Shown: positions 19,276-29,650 of the stretch, one piece after another
Position numbering within the stretch: the stretch's first letter is position 1
Layout of the letters: each line of letters begins with the position of its first letter
Assembly: GCA_913062605.1 (NCBI GenBank)
Contig: CAJXWQ010000002.1
Span: 4,761 to 68,760 of the forward strand
Direction of reading: 5' to 3'
DNA from: an uncultured Cellvibrionales bacterium
GTDB taxonomy: Bacteria; Pseudomonadota; Gammaproteobacteria; Pseudomonadales; Porticoccaceae
Length of the DNA: 64,000 nucleotides
The notes under the pieces: generated by a model
The model's input: the letters and a program-made list of their open reading frames with translations, nothing else
Databases searched by the model: none
What the model was told of the DNA's origin: nothing
Position numbers and translations under genes: made by a program

Positions 19276-22143
19276 ATGAAAAACATCTCTATACGCGGTG
19301 CAAAAACCCACAATTTGAAATCTGTGGATCTGGATCTCCCTCGTGACAAATTGATTGTCATAACGGGCTTATCAGGCTCAGGTAAATCCTCCCTCGCCTT
19401 TGATACGCTGTATGCCGAAGGGCAGCGCCGTTATGTGGAGTCACTATCTGCCTATGCCCGCCAGTTTCTCTCTATGATGGAGAAACCGGACGTAGAGCAT
19501 ATTGAGGGGCTTTCTCCCGCCATATCTATTGAGCAAAAGTCCACATCGCACAATCCTCGCTCTACTGTGGGGACTATCACTGAGATTCACGATTATCTGC
19601 GGCTGCTTTATGCCAGAGTCGGTGAGCCTCGCTGCCCAGACCACAATGAGCCACTGAAGGCTCAAACCATTGGTCAAATGGTCGACCAGGTTCTCGCCCT
19701 ACCTGAAAATTCTAAGTTGATGTTGCTGGCACCTGTCGTTCGCGGCCGAAAGGGTGAACATGCTCATATTTTTCAGAGTCTATTGGCGCAGGGCTTTATC
19801 CGAGCACGTATTGATGGCTTGGTGGTGGATTTGGATGACGCACCAGAGCTGGAGAAAAATAAGAAACATGATATTGAGGTAGTGGTTGACCGCTTTAAGG
19901 TTAAACCTGAGTTACAACTCAGATTGTCCGAATCCTTTGAGGCGGCACTGAATCTTTCTGAAGGCTTGGCAATCATAACCACCATGGATGGCACGCCAAT
20001 TCTTACTTCATCAGCAAATAACGGCTCTTCAATCCATGGTAATCCATCAGAGATACTCTTTTCTGCTCGCTTTGCCTGCCCTGTGTGCAATTACAGTATT
20101 GATGAACTTGAGCCCCGAATGTTCTCCTTTAATAACCCGGCGGGGGCTTGCCCCGGTTGTGACGGCCTAGGGGTTAAGCAGTATTTTGATATTGACCGTG
20201 TTGTTCAATATCCGGAGTGCTCCATTTCAGAGGGTGCCATTCGCAGCTGGGATAGAAAAAACCTTTTTTACTTCAATATGTTGACCTCACTGGCTGATCA
20301 TTACGGGTTTAATGTTGACCACCCCTTTCAGGACTTAGCCCCACAACATCAGCAAGCAGTTCTATTTGGCAGCGGCAAAGAGGTGATTGATTTTAATTAT
20401 GTGAATGACAAAGGCACCGTGTTTAAGCGCTCCCACCAGTTTGAGGGGATCATCCCTAATATGGAACGGCGTTACCGCGAGACTGAGTCTCAAACGGTAC
20501 GAGAAGATCTCACCAAATATATGAACACCCAACACTGCCCGGATTGTAACGGTGCTCGGTTACGAAAATCGGCACGGCATGTGTTTATCGATGAAAAACC
20601 TCTACCGGAGGTGGGCAACATTCCGGTGGGAGAGCTCGCCGACTATTACGAAGGCCTTCATCTGGATGGAAGTCGGGGGGAAATTGCAGAAAAAGTTCTC
20701 AAGGAAATTAGAGATAGACTCAGATTCCTTGTAGATGTGGGTCTAAATTATCTCAATCTGAATCGCAGTGCTGAAACCCTTTCGGGTGGTGAAGCACAAC
20801 GTATTCGTCTGGCCAGTCAAATTGGAGCTGGGTTAGTAGGTGTTATGTATATCCTCGATGAGCCTTCGATTGGCCTACACCAGCGAGATAATGCGCGGTT
20901 ACTTGCCACCTTGACCCGCCTACGTGACTTGGGCAACACCGTTATTATCGTAGAGCACGATGAGGAGGCTATTCGAGAAGCTGACTACATTGTGGACATT
21001 GGTCCTGGCGCCGGTGTTCACGGGGGAGAAATCATCGCTACAGGCTCCTTCGAAAACATTCTCAATGAACCTCGCTCCCTCACCGGCGATTATCTCTCCG
21101 GTCGAAAATCCATTGTCATTCCTGAAAAACGCACCGAACTGACCAGTAAACGACTAAAACTCAGCGGCGCCACCGGTAACAATTTGCAAGAAGTGAATCT
21201 GGATCTCCCCATTGGGCTATTCACCTGTATTACCGGTGTGTCTGGCTCAGGAAAATCTACCCTGATTAACGAAACGCTATATCCCATTGCTGCAACAGAC
21301 TTAAACAAAGCAACGACATTAAAAGCTGCTGCACATCAGCACATTGACGGCATGGAGCACCTCGATAAGTGTGTCGATATTGACCAAAGCCCTATTGGGC
21401 GTACACCACGCTCAAACCCGGCTACGTATACGGGCATCTTCACCCCAATCCGTGAAATGTTTGCCGGCACACAGGAGTCACGTTCCCGAGGCTATAAGCC
21501 CGGCCGCTTCAGCTTTAATGTCAAAGGCGGTCGCTGTGAAGCCTGTCAGGGCGATGGTGTCACCAAGGTGGAGATGCACTTCCTGCCAGACATTTATGTG
21601 CCCTGCGATGTTTGTAAAAGCAAGCGCTATAACAGGGAAACTCTGGAGATTCGCTACAAGGGTAAAAATATTCATGAAGTACTGGAAATGACTGTTGAGG
21701 ATGCCCGGGAGTTTTTTGATGCCGTGCCCTCTATCTCAAGAAAACTGCAAACCCTGATGGATGTAGGGCTTTCCTATATTAAATTGGGGCAATCTGCCAC
21801 TACACTTTCTGGTGGTGAGGCCCAACGGGTTAAGCTCTCAAAGGAGCTCTCCAAGCGGGATACAGGGAATACTCTCTATATTCTCGACGAACCCACCACT
21901 GGTTTACATTTCCACGACATCCAGCAGTTGCTGATCGTACTGCATCGCCTGCGTGATCACGGCAATACCGTGGTGGTGATTGAACACAATCTCGACGTTA
22001 TCAAAACTGCAGACTGGGTAGTGGACCTGGGACCAGAGGGAGGCTCAGGTGGCGGGCAGATTATTGCCACTGGCACCCCAGAGGAGGTTGCCGAAGTCAA
22101 GCACTCCCATACGGGATACTTTTTGAAAAAACTGCTGGCGTGA
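19276..22143 (+). CDS. uvrA: Excinuclease ABC subunit A
   Basis: Track ORF starts at TTG 19258. ATG at 19276 ([15 protein letters not shown]) is the usual UvrA N-terminus. Two ABC modules ([26 protein letters not shown] x2) and zinc-finger cysteines are present. Confidence 0.97.
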   Translation: MKNISIRGAKTHNLKSVDLDLPRDKLIVITGLSGSGKSSLAFDTLYAEGQRRYVESLSAYARQFLSMMEKPDVEHIEGLSPAISIEQKSTSHNPRSTVGTITEIHDYLRLLYARVGEPRCPDHNEPLKAQTIGQMVDQVLALPENSKLMLLAPVVRGRKGEHAHIFQSLLAQGFIRARIDGLVVDLDDAPELEKNKKHDIEVVVDRFKVKPELQLRLSESFEAALNLSEGLAIITTMDGTPILTSSANNGSSIHGNPSEILFSARFACPVCNYSIDELEPRMFSFNNPAGACPGCDGLGVKQYFDIDRVVQYPECSISEGAIRSWDRKNLFYFNMLTSLADHYGFNVDHPFQDLAPQHQQAVLFGSGKEVIDFNYVNDKGTVFKRSHQFEGIIPNMERRYRETESQTVREDLTKYMNTQHCPDCNGARLRKSARHVFIDEKPLPEVGNIPVGELADYYEGLHLDGSRGEIAEKVLKEIRDRLRFLVDVGLNYLNLNRSAETLSGGEAQRIRLASQIGAGLVGVMYILDEPSIGLHQRDNARLLATLTRLRDLGNTVIIVEHDEEAIREADYIVDIGPGAGVHGGEIIATGSFENILNEPRSLTGDYLSGRKSIVIPEKRTELTSKRLKLSGATGNNLQEVNLDLPIGLFTCITGVSGSGKSTLINETLYPIAATDLNKATTLKAAAHQHIDGMEHLDKCVDIDQSPIGRTPRSNPATYTGIFTPIREMFAGTQESRSRGYKPGRFSFNVKGGRCEACQGDGVTKVEMHFLPDIYVPCDVCKSKRYNRETLEIRYKGKNIHEVLEMTVEDAREFFDAVPSISRKLQTLMDVGLSYIKLGQSATTLSGGEAQRVKLSKELSKRDTGNTLYILDEPTTGLHFHDIQQLLIVLHRLRDHGNTVVVIEHNLDVIKTADWVVDLGPEGGSGGGQIIATGTPEEVAEVKHSHTGYFLKKLLA

Positions 22144-22179
22144 AACCGTAGAGCACACCTACACGGGGAGTGAAACGGC

Positions 22180-23880
22180 TTACTCCCCGAGCTGTTCCTT
22201 ACACCAAGGTGCCTCATCTCCTTGGTAAGCCGCGAAGCCTGCCTCAACAAGCTTATCGGCCAACCGCGCCTCGTTGATATATACATCTGCCTCCAGCCTG
22301 AAAAAATTGCCAGATTGTTCCCGCTTAAGGCTTCTCAGTTCTACTTTAGGGTGTTTTCTGGTCAACTTATCCAAAAATTTTCGGCCACTCTTCCAAAGGG
22401 CTTTCGCCTCCTCACACTTGTAGCGCCCGGGAAGCGGCCTTTGGATACCTGCCACCTGCACAGGCATACTTTCACCAAAAAATTCTGGCCAACCCTCAAT
22501 ATCAACAACGAGTATTCCTGTTTCTGGCACCCGTACAACAGTGGCACTGAGCACATCGCCATAGTGAAGTACAAAACCATCAAAATGGCTACCTTCCTCG
22601 ACCTTCTGGGATAACCCTAAGAATGCAGCCACGAGAAATACCCCCCCTACCACAAAGAGTCCTAAGTGCTTGAGAGACATTATCTCCATCCAACCAACAA
22701 CTTTTTTCTCCCTAGCTGGCACGCCAAAACCAATGAGCGCCATGGGTAACAGCACACAAAGCATCGTGGAAGAAGGATTAACCAACAGTCGATCGCCATC
22801 AGTCATAAAACCTACTTGCATAGCGATTAATATCACCCCCCACAGCCACAGATGTGGCTGCACAGCCACCTTTCTAAGCAGGCTCAACAATAATCCCACG
22901 TAAAGGACTATTCCCACTAACCCGGTATAGAACCCGTGATTTAGGAGGAAATTGTGATAATGGGCGGCAGTATGACTACTCACTAAATTTTCTGCACTCC
23001 CGGATAAACCATGGCCAAACAGGCGTGTCACTACCGATCCATTAATAGCCTCAATACCGTTCTGCCAGATAGGCAGTCGACCAGCGGTACCACGACCTAG
23101 AACCTTATCCCAGATAGTAAGAATTTCTTGCTGAAACAGAAAAAACACCAGAGCTAACCCCAGTAGGCCTCCCATCATCAGCAGTCCAGTTTTTTTACAC
23201 GGCGACAAAAATAGCAATAGGCCGACACCTACGGTGAACACCATATAGCCACCACGGGCCTGTATAAAAAATGTAACCCCGGTAAAAAATAGCAGCGCTA
23301 ATAAATAAAGGATGCTGTAGGAAAAAGTACGCGCCTGTAGCCATGAGTGGAGCGCAACGATGCTTAGCACCGCCATTATCCAGCCCACCTCAAGGTGGTG
23401 ATTGAAGACTCCTCTGGCTGACTCGATATGCTGCCAGCTCGTCTGAATATACTGCACGCCCTGCCAATCATAGAGAATCAACATTGCCCCAATAAAACCG
23501 AAGACAAGAAGACTATTGATAATCAACGGCATTCGCTCGCGGTGAAACTGGCTAACAAGGAAAATCAGATAAAACAGTGCCAGTACATTCAACTCGCGCC
23601 AAAATAGCTTTAGATCTTTATAAGCCAGACCATCCCACGCCAGGGTCAAGGTCATCCAACCACAGAGCACCAAAAACCACCGGACAGTTATATTTGCCCA
23701 AATTAACCTCAAGTCAGAGGGGCGAAAGCAAAGAATCATAGGCAGCACAATCAACAATCGATAAAGATTGGTAGCACCGGTTCGGTTTGATGGAATAAAG
23801 CAGATCGCAAAAAGAATGGGCAATAGCAGCCAAGCATACTTTTCTCGAAAATTGTCCCTAATTATCGTCAATTTGTTCAT
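22180..23880 (-). CDS. O-antigen ligase family (Wzy_C-like) polytopic membrane protein with a C-terminal OB/SNase-like soluble domain
   Basis: 566 aa. About 400 aa of hydrophobic helices with a GHGLSGSAEN...H loop. A final TM helix is followed by about 140 aa resembling a thermonuclease fold but lacking its catalytic residues. Confidence 0.7.
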   Translation of the reverse strand: MNKLTIIRDNFREKYAWLLLPILFAICFIPSNRTGATNLYRLLIVLPMILCFRPSDLRLIWANITVRWFLVLCGWMTLTLAWDGLAYKDLKLFWRELNVLALFYLIFLVSQFHRERMPLIINSLLVFGFIGAMLILYDWQGVQYIQTSWQHIESARGVFNHHLEVGWIMAVLSIVALHSWLQARTFSYSILYLLALLFFTGVTFFIQARGGYMVFTVGVGLLLFLSPCKKTGLLMMGGLLGLALVFFLFQQEILTIWDKVLGRGTAGRLPIWQNGIEAINGSVVTRLFGHGLSGSAENLVSSHTAAHYHNFLLNHGFYTGLVGIVLYVGLLLSLLRKVAVQPHLWLWGVILIAMQVGFMTDGDRLLVNPSSTMLCVLLPMALIGFGVPAREKKVVGWMEIMSLKHLGLFVVGGVFLVAAFLGLSQKVEEGSHFDGFVLHYGDVLSATVVRVPETGILVVDIEGWPEFFGESMPVQVAGIQRPLPGRYKCEEAKALWKSGRKFLDKLTRKHPKVELRSLKREQSGNFFRLEADVYINEARLADKLVEAGFAAYQGDEAPWCKEQLGE

Positions 23881-24042
23881 ACCCCTTCCAACCTAGGCTG
23901 CCTACTAGACTATCAAGGCCGCAACTATACGAGATTCCCATAAGAAAGGCATCGACAGCCATCACAAAGTCACCCCTACAAAGAAATCAGAACCACCTAA
24001 AAACAACCCTTTCTCTTGTCATTTAAGTAAACACTGTTAATA

Positions 24043-24062
24043 TACTGTATATAAACACATAC
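24043..24062. promoter_or_regulatory. Candidate LexA (SOS) box TACTGTATATAAACACATAC
   Basis: CTGT-N8-ACAT differs from the gammaproteobacterial CTGT-N8-ACAG consensus by one base in the right half-site. It lies 14 nt upstream of a small ORF that has a GGAG RBS. Confidence 0.35.
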
Positions 24063-24075
24063 TGGAGAAATAACC

Positions 24076-24261
24076 ATGTCTCTTACAAAATCACTATACA
24101 GCCTTCGTTCACGTATTCGTTTCGCCCGTTACAATTCCCAGTGCAATCATAAAAGTATCAACCTGTTCCAGCACAAACCACACCCTGTCACACTTGGACC
24201 GGAGAATATCAGTCGGTTTTTTGCATTTGTTGCCAATTCAGAGCGCCCAAGAATTCAATGA
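24076..24261 (+). CDS. Small hypothetical protein (61 aa), possibly SOS-controlled
   Basis: ATG preceded by GGAG at an 8-nt spacing. No recognisable motif. Coding status is uncertain. Confidence 0.3.
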   Translation: MSLTKSLYSLRSRIRFARYNSQCNHKSINLFQHKPHPVTLGPENISRFFAFVANSERPRIQ

Positions 24262-24513
24262 AAATAAATAGTTAGCCCAACGCTATCAGATACACATTAC
24301 GGGAAAGGGATTTCAGTACTGTAACCGGCATCACCAGCTATCTTATTTTCTCTACAGCGCCACCCATTTTAAATACCACCAGCATTCAATTCCCTGCTTA
24401 TTCAGGGAAAATTACTAACCTGTTTTGATACCACCCACCCCCATATTCTTTTCTCCAACAATATCTGTCTCCCACATCTACTGTTAACATATGAAAGACA
24501 TTGGAAATCACCC

Positions 24514-25749
24514 ATGAATTTGTATTTAGTTGGCGGCGCTGTGCGCGACAAACTACTCGGCTACCCGTTCACTGAAAAGGACTGGGTAGTGGTCGGCGCC
24601 ACACCGGAAGAAATGATAGAACAAGGGTTCAGACAGGTGGGGAGTGATTTTCCGGTCTTTTTGCATCCAGAAACCAAAGAAGAACATGCCCTCGCTCGTA
24701 CTGAACGAAAATCCGGCACCGGCTACAAAGGATTTCAGTGTTTCACCGATACCAATGTCACGCTGGAAGAAGACTTATCCCGCCGTGATCTTACTATCAA
24801 CGCCATCGCAGAGGATGATGATGGCAACCTTATCGACCCCTATGGGGGCCAACAGGACCTTGACGATAAAATACTTCGCCATGTTTCAGATGCCTTTGTG
24901 GAAGACCCTCTGAGAGTACTGAGAGTCGCTCGCTTTGCTGCCCGTTATCATCACTTGGGGTTCACTATTGCCCCAGAAACGCTGACATTGATGACTGAGA
25001 TTTCCGCCAGTGGAGAACTACAATACCTCACACCAGAGCGTGTTTGGGTGGAAACAGAAAAGGCTCTGGGAGAACAGTCACCTCGAATCTATATCGAGGT
25101 TTTGCGCCAATGTGATGCACTTAAAGTGCTGTTTCCAGAGGTAGACCAGCTATTTGGTGTGCCACAACGTGCCGACTTTCACCCGGAAGTGGACACTGGC
25201 ATCCACATTTTGATGGCGCTGGATCAAGCAGCCATATTGGGCAATGATCCTGCCGCCCGCTTTGCTGTTCTGGTTCACGATCTAGGCAAAGGCATCACCC
25301 CCGAAGATGTGCTGCCAAAACACTCCGGTCATGAGGAAAGAGGTGTACGGCTGGTCAACACCCTCTGTGATCGATTAAAAGTACCCAACCGTTATCGCGA
25401 GTTAGCCGTAGGGGTAACGCGTTATCATTTGTTATCCCACAAAGCCCCTCATCTACGTCCCGTCACAATATTAAAACTACTGAAAGGTATTGGCGCCCTA
25501 CGACAACCAGAAAAGTTGGCTCAATTTATCCGGTGTTGCGAAGCTGATGCCCGAGGGCGGCTCGGCTTTGAAGATACTGCCTATGCTTCAGGGTTATGGC
25601 TCCAACAGGTATTCGAGGCAATTCAATCTATCGACAACAATGAGTTTATCCAGAAAGGGCTAACCGGAAAAAAACTGGGAGACGCCATTGATCAACGGCG
25701 CCATGAGGTCATTAGCCGCTTCAAGGACAGCCATGAGCCAAAAAGGTAA
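24514..25749 (+). CDS. cca: Multifunctional CCA-adding enzyme (tRNA nucleotidyltransferase with HD domain)
   Basis: 411 aa. MNLYLVGGAVRDKLLG, RDLTINA and the HD-domain segment VLVHDLGK. Confidence 0.93.
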   Translation: MNLYLVGGAVRDKLLGYPFTEKDWVVVGATPEEMIEQGFRQVGSDFPVFLHPETKEEHALARTERKSGTGYKGFQCFTDTNVTLEEDLSRRDLTINAIAEDDDGNLIDPYGGQQDLDDKILRHVSDAFVEDPLRVLRVARFAARYHHLGFTIAPETLTLMTEISASGELQYLTPERVWVETEKALGEQSPRIYIEVLRQCDALKVLFPEVDQLFGVPQRADFHPEVDTGIHILMALDQAAILGNDPAARFAVLVHDLGKGITPEDVLPKHSGHEERGVRLVNTLCDRLKVPNRYRELAVGVTRYHLLSHKAPHLRPVTILKLLKGIGALRQPEKLAQFIRCCEADARGRLGFEDTAYASGLWLQQVFEAIQSIDNNEFIQKGLTGKKLGDAIDQRRHEVISRFKDSHEPKR

Positions 25750-25755
25750 TCACCC

Positions 25756-26493
25756 ATGAGTGCACCGGTTGTACTTATCACAGGTGCTGCCCGCCGTATT
25801 GGTGCAGAAATAACCCGAACCTTTCACCACGAAGGATTCGATATCGCCCTTCACTATAACCATTCGGCACAGGAGGCCAATGCACTGGCCCAGTCGCTCA
25901 ATACCATCAGAAGGGATTCAGCTGCCACCTTTCAAGCAAACTTAACGAGTGTGTCAGCAGTTAAATCAATGGCCACAGAGGTCTTACAATGGAGGGGCAA
26001 ACTAAATGTATTAGTTAATAATGCATCCAGTTTCTACCCCACACCATTAGACAGTGCCAGTGAAGAACAATGGGATGCCTTAATAGGTAGCAACCTGAAA
26101 GGGCCCTATTTCCTCTGCCAATCTGTTGCCAAAAAACTGTGTGAAAGCCAAGGCAGTATTATCAATATTGCTGACATCTACGCGAAAAGCCCATTAGAAG
26201 GCTATAGTATCTACTGCATTGCCAAGGCTGGGAATGTCATGCTGACCAAATCACTGGCCAAAGAGCTGGCCCCTGAGGTACGCGTCAATGGTATCGCCCC
26301 CGGTGTGATTTTATGGCCTAACACCGACAACCAGATGAGTGACGCTATCAAGCATCATGTTATCGAAAACGTACCCCTAGGGCGAACGGGCAGCCCTGCC
26401 GATATTGCTCAATTAGCACTTTTTCTGGCCACACAAGACGGCTATACCACTGGCCAGGTGATTGCTGTTGATGGTGGCAGCTCACTCTCCTAG
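25756..26493 (+). CDS. Short-chain dehydrogenase, pteridine reductase / FolM-like
   Basis: 245 aa. VLITGAARRIGAEI cofactor loop and YxxxK (YCIAKAG). The pteridine assignment is an inference from the family pattern and the nearby folK/folB. Confidence 0.7.
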   Translation: MSAPVVLITGAARRIGAEITRTFHHEGFDIALHYNHSAQEANALAQSLNTIRRDSAATFQANLTSVSAVKSMATEVLQWRGKLNVLVNNASSFYPTPLDSASEEQWDALIGSNLKGPYFLCQSVAKKLCESQGSIINIADIYAKSPLEGYSIYCIAKAGNVMLTKSLAKELAPEVRVNGIAPGVILWPNTDNQMSDAIKHHVIENVPLGRTGSPADIAQLALFLATQDGYTTGQVIAVDGGSSLS

Positions 26494-26600
26494 TTAATTA
26501 TAAAATTCACTGAAATTATTACCCATTGGGCAGCATAGCCAAGCTTTCCACCACCTATTGATCTTGATCAACACACCAATTCAATTACGACCCAGCTTCA

Positions 26601-26630
26601 CTTGAAAAAGTACATCTTCAGGCCCATGTT
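26601..26630 (+). promoter_or_regulatory. Sigma-32 (heat-shock) type promoter upstream of hsp20
   Basis: CTTGAAA (26601-26607), a 14-15 nt spacer, then GCCCATGTT (26622-30). Consensus is CTTGAAA-N13-15-CCCCATnT. Confidence 0.6.
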
Positions 26631-26705
26631 TAAAACTGTGGAGGCTAACAAGCCTTGGTGGTAATTTGTTTTTAATGGTAATTACTCACCGAGCGGAGGT
26701 GTGTT

Positions 26706-27134
26706 ATGACGTTAATACCAAGAGGTAGCTTTTTTGACATTGACCGTTTTTCTGATGTTTTTTGGGCACCTGTTCGCCGAGAAGATAGTCCGGTGGGTTC
26801 ATTTTTTGCTCCTCATGTCGATATCGTAGAACATAACGATCATTATGAAATAACAGCCGAAATGCCCGGTCTTAAAAAAGAGGATATCAAAATCACACTG
26901 GAAGATGGATTGCTTCGATTGGAGGCAGAAACTCGCCAGGAGGAAAAAGAAGAGAAGGAAGGGAAGGTCATCCGACAAGAGCGTCGCTATGGCAAATATA
27001 TCCGCAGCTTTGACCTTGGCAGTAGCGTCCATCAGGAAGATATTAAAGCATCCTTCGAAGATGGGATATTGAAACTAACAGCACCCAAAGTTGCCGAAGA
27101 AGTTCCTCAGCAACGACAAATTGATATCCAATAA
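26706..27134 (+). CDS. Small heat-shock protein (Hsp20/alpha-crystallin family)
   Basis: 142 aa. Alpha-crystallin domain pattern (VDIVEHNDHYEITAEMPGLKKEDIKI ... FEDGILKLTAPK). Confidence 0.9.
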   Translation: MTLIPRGSFFDIDRFSDVFWAPVRREDSPVGSFFAPHVDIVEHNDHYEITAEMPGLKKEDIKITLEDGLLRLEAETRQEEKEEKEGKVIRQERRYGKYIRSFDLGSSVHQEDIKASFEDGILKLTAPKVAEEVPQQRQIDIQ

Positions 27135-27191
27135 TTCACTCACTGCTGGTTTGGCTTCAGTGAGGCCAAGCCACTCATTTCAGAGAATGTT

Positions 27192-27512
27192 ATGACGCCA
27201 GAACTAGCGAATATCAAGAATAGCCTGGAAGAACGCCGAGAAGTTCTCATGCAACGTATTTCACGCGTAAAAACGGGAATGACGGCAGAACACTCTGCCG
27301 ATTGGTCTGAACAGGCACAGGAACGGCAAAACGATGAAGTGCTGGAGGCTATTGGTAATGAGTCCCGGAGCGAACTGACCCAAATTAACCGTGCACTTGA
27401 ACGCATAGAAACGGGCGACTACACCAGCTGTAGTCATTGCGGTGAAGATATTGCGCTGAAACGGCTTGAAGCGGTGCCATACACACACTTTTGCATCAAC
27501 TGTGCTGAATAG
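27192..27512 (+). CDS. DksA/TraR-family C4 zinc-finger protein
   Basis: 106 aa. Coiled-coil N-terminus plus CSHCG-N17-CINC. Confidence 0.8.
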   Translation: MTPELANIKNSLEERREVLMQRISRVKTGMTAEHSADWSEQAQERQNDEVLEAIGNESRSELTQINRALERIETGDYTSCSHCGEDIALKRLEAVPYTHFCINCAE

Positions 27513-27553
27513 TCTTACTGACGCCCAACGACGAAAACTGTGGTCATTGCTCT

Positions 27554-28714
27554 CTATCGCTGGCGTAGGCAGGCAGGAGTGACTTCAGACAACTCACGGC
27601 AGCCCATCAGCTTCATATCCAGCTCAATCTCTGTTCGTAGCAAGTTTAGCGCTCTAGCCACACCCGGCTGACCACCGGCGGCCAGTCCATAGAGATATGG
27701 CCTACCCACCATGCAAGCATCTGCGCCCAAAGCGATCGCCTTCAGGACATGCGTACCCCGACGGATACCGCCATCAAGGATAATCTCTACCTGACCACCC
27801 ACTGTATCGACAATATCTGGCAACACATCAAAGGGCGCAGGTGAGCTATCTAGCTGACGGCCACCATGGTTGGAAATCACAATAGCAGAGGCACCGATCT
27901 CAACTGCCTTTTTAGCATCGGCAACCGACATAATTCCTTTGAGTACAAAGGGCCCGCCCCATTCAGATATCATCCATTCTGCATCTTTCCAAGTCACACT
28001 GGGATCGAATTGGTTGGCAACATACTGCAACAGGTTCGACACTTCACCGGTACCCTCGGTGATTTTGTGCTCCACATTGGCCAGCACAATGGGGCCATTG
28101 GTTAGGTAACGGTAAACCCAGGCTGGGTGAATCAACACGTCAAGAATACTTTTAAGCGTTAACTTTGGCGGAAGTGTCATGCCCGTACGCAGGTCTCGCT
28201 CCCGGTTTCCATGAGCCGGCAGATCTACTGTTAAGCACAAAGCATCGAAGTTCGACGCCTTTGCTCGCTGTACAAACTCCCGGCTTAACTCTCGGTCTTT
28301 GTGAACATAAACCTGGAATATTTTTGGACCATCAGTTTCAACCCCTACATCCTCAATGCTTGTCGTAGACAATGTTGATAGTGAATAGAACGTCCCACTG
28401 TTAGCCGCCTCCCTCGCTACGGCCTTTTCACCCTGATAGTGAAACATTCGGGTCATCCCTGTGGGAGCGCAAATTACGGGCCAATCTATTTTTTTACCCA
28501 GTACAGTGGTGGAGAGGTCTATTTGAGACACATCCACCAATGCCCGCTGCAGAAGGTCATACCGATCAAAGGTGGATGTATTTCGTCTCAATGTCTGCTC
28601 GTCATCCGAGCCTCCATCAATATAGGCAAACAGTGATTCAGGCAACCGCCCCTTTGCCACCTTGCGAAGGTCATCAATATTAAAACATCGCGATAAACGT
28701 CTCGAGTCTGACAC
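27554..28714 (-). CDS. FMN-dependent alpha-hydroxy-acid dehydrogenase/oxidase (L-lactate dehydrogenase LldD-like)
   Basis: 386 aa. TIM-barrel FMN motifs (SNHGGRQLD, GGIRRGTHVLKA). GTG start 11 nt after the folK stop. Confidence 0.85.
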   Translation of the reverse strand: MSDSRRLSRCFNIDDLRKVAKGRLPESLFAYIDGGSDDEQTLRRNTSTFDRYDLLQRALVDVSQIDLSTTVLGKKIDWPVICAPTGMTRMFHYQGEKAVAREAANSGTFYSLSTLSTTSIEDVGVETDGPKIFQVYVHKDRELSREFVQRAKASNFDALCLTVDLPAHGNRERDLRTGMTLPPKLTLKSILDVLIHPAWVYRYLTNGPIVLANVEHKITEGTGEVSNLLQYVANQFDPSVTWKDAEWMISEWGGPFVLKGIMSVADAKKAVEIGASAIVISNHGGRQLDSSPAPFDVLPDIVDTVGGQVEIILDGGIRRGTHVLKAIALGADACMVGRPYLYGLAAGGQPGVARALNLLRTEIELDMKLMGCRELSEVTPACLRQR

Positions 28715-28725
28715 TTAGAGGCCTC

Positions 28726-29262
28726 TCACATTATTATTGGGGCTGTCTTAGATAACTGGGAAAGCTCGGTACCACGCCAAGTAAAACTAATGGGCCACAA
28801 AGACTGACTGGCTTGGTCATAAGTGCGCCACAATTCGGCATAACTCAGCCCCACAACAGGGTGCTTTTCATCAGACACCAATTCAGCCAATGGCCAGAGC
28901 ACAAAGGCATTTTCCAGAATTTCCTGACGGGGCAACAAAACACCACCCACACTACCAGTAATATCATCATAGGTCAGAATATCGATGTCCAAAGTGCGCG
29001 CACTAAAACGCGGACAATCCCGACGGCGACCATGTTGATCCTCAAGAGCCTTGAGGTAGACCGATAGCTCGCCAACACTTAGCGCCGTATCAATACCCAC
29101 CACCAGATTATAAAAGTTGTCTCCATCAAACCCCACAGAAACACTCTCATAAACGGACGAAATTAATAGCTGGCCAAACTGGTCAGCGAGTGCATCCAAA
29201 GCAGCCGTAATATAACGTTGGTGTTCGATATTACTGCCAAGGCTGAGAAAAACCCGCGCCAT
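28726..29262 (-). CDS. folK: 2-amino-4-hydroxy-6-hydroxymethyldihydropteridine pyrophosphokinase
   Basis: 178 aa. VFLSLGSNI N-terminus and RTLDIDIL motif. ATGA overlap with folB. Confidence 0.88.
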   Translation of the reverse strand: MARVFLSLGSNIEHQRYITAALDALADQFGQLLISSVYESVSVGFDGDNFYNLVVGIDTALSVGELSVYLKALEDQHGRRRDCPRFSARTLDIDILTYDDITGSVGGVLLPRQEILENAFVLWPLAELVSDEKHPVVGLSYAELWRTYDQASQSLWPISFTWRGTELSQLSKTAPIIM

Positions 29263-29633
29263 CAGGTTCTCGCTCCCCGTTCAATACCTCCCCTCTCAAT
29301 AATAATACCCACATCCCGAGCACCACGAACAGCACCGGGTTTACCAATTCGTAGCTTCAACCAGGGAACATGAAATTCCTGGCGTACAATATCTGCCACT
29401 TGCTCGGCCATGGTTTCAACCAGCAAAAATTCGCTACCTTCAATAAAATCGATTAATCGTTTTGATACGGCTTTGTAGTCAAGGGCATACTGAATATCGT
29501 CGGTCTCTGCCGCTTTACGGATGTCTGTTCCCATTTCAAGATCAAGACTAATGGTTTGGCGTACTTCTCTTTCCCAGTCATAAATACCGATAATTGTATC
29601 TATGCGTAGATCGCCGATATAAACAATATCCAT
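29262..29633 (-). CDS. folB: Dihydroneopterin aldolase
   Basis: Track ORF extends to 29747. ATG at 29633 (MDIVYIGDLRIDTIIGIYDWER) gives the canonical ~120-aa FolB. Confidence 0.85.
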   Translation of the reverse strand: MDIVYIGDLRIDTIIGIYDWEREVRQTISLDLEMGTDIRKAAETDDIQYALDYKAVSKRLIDFIEGSEFLLVETMAEQVADIVRQEFHVPWLKLRIGKPGAVRGARDVGIIIERGGIERGART

Positions 29634-29650
29634 CGTCCTTACACCTCTAT

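Noticed and set aside
19444-22286. Numerous 60-115-aa track ORFs on either strand or in other frames inside uvrA. Similar ones occur inside gmd, wzz, dnaG, rpoD, the RND pump, the A-T-hydrolase gene and others.
   Set aside because: They are fully embedded in long ORFs that carry strong family motifs. They lack ribosome-binding sites and have low-complexity, frame-shadow composition. I treated them as non-coding.
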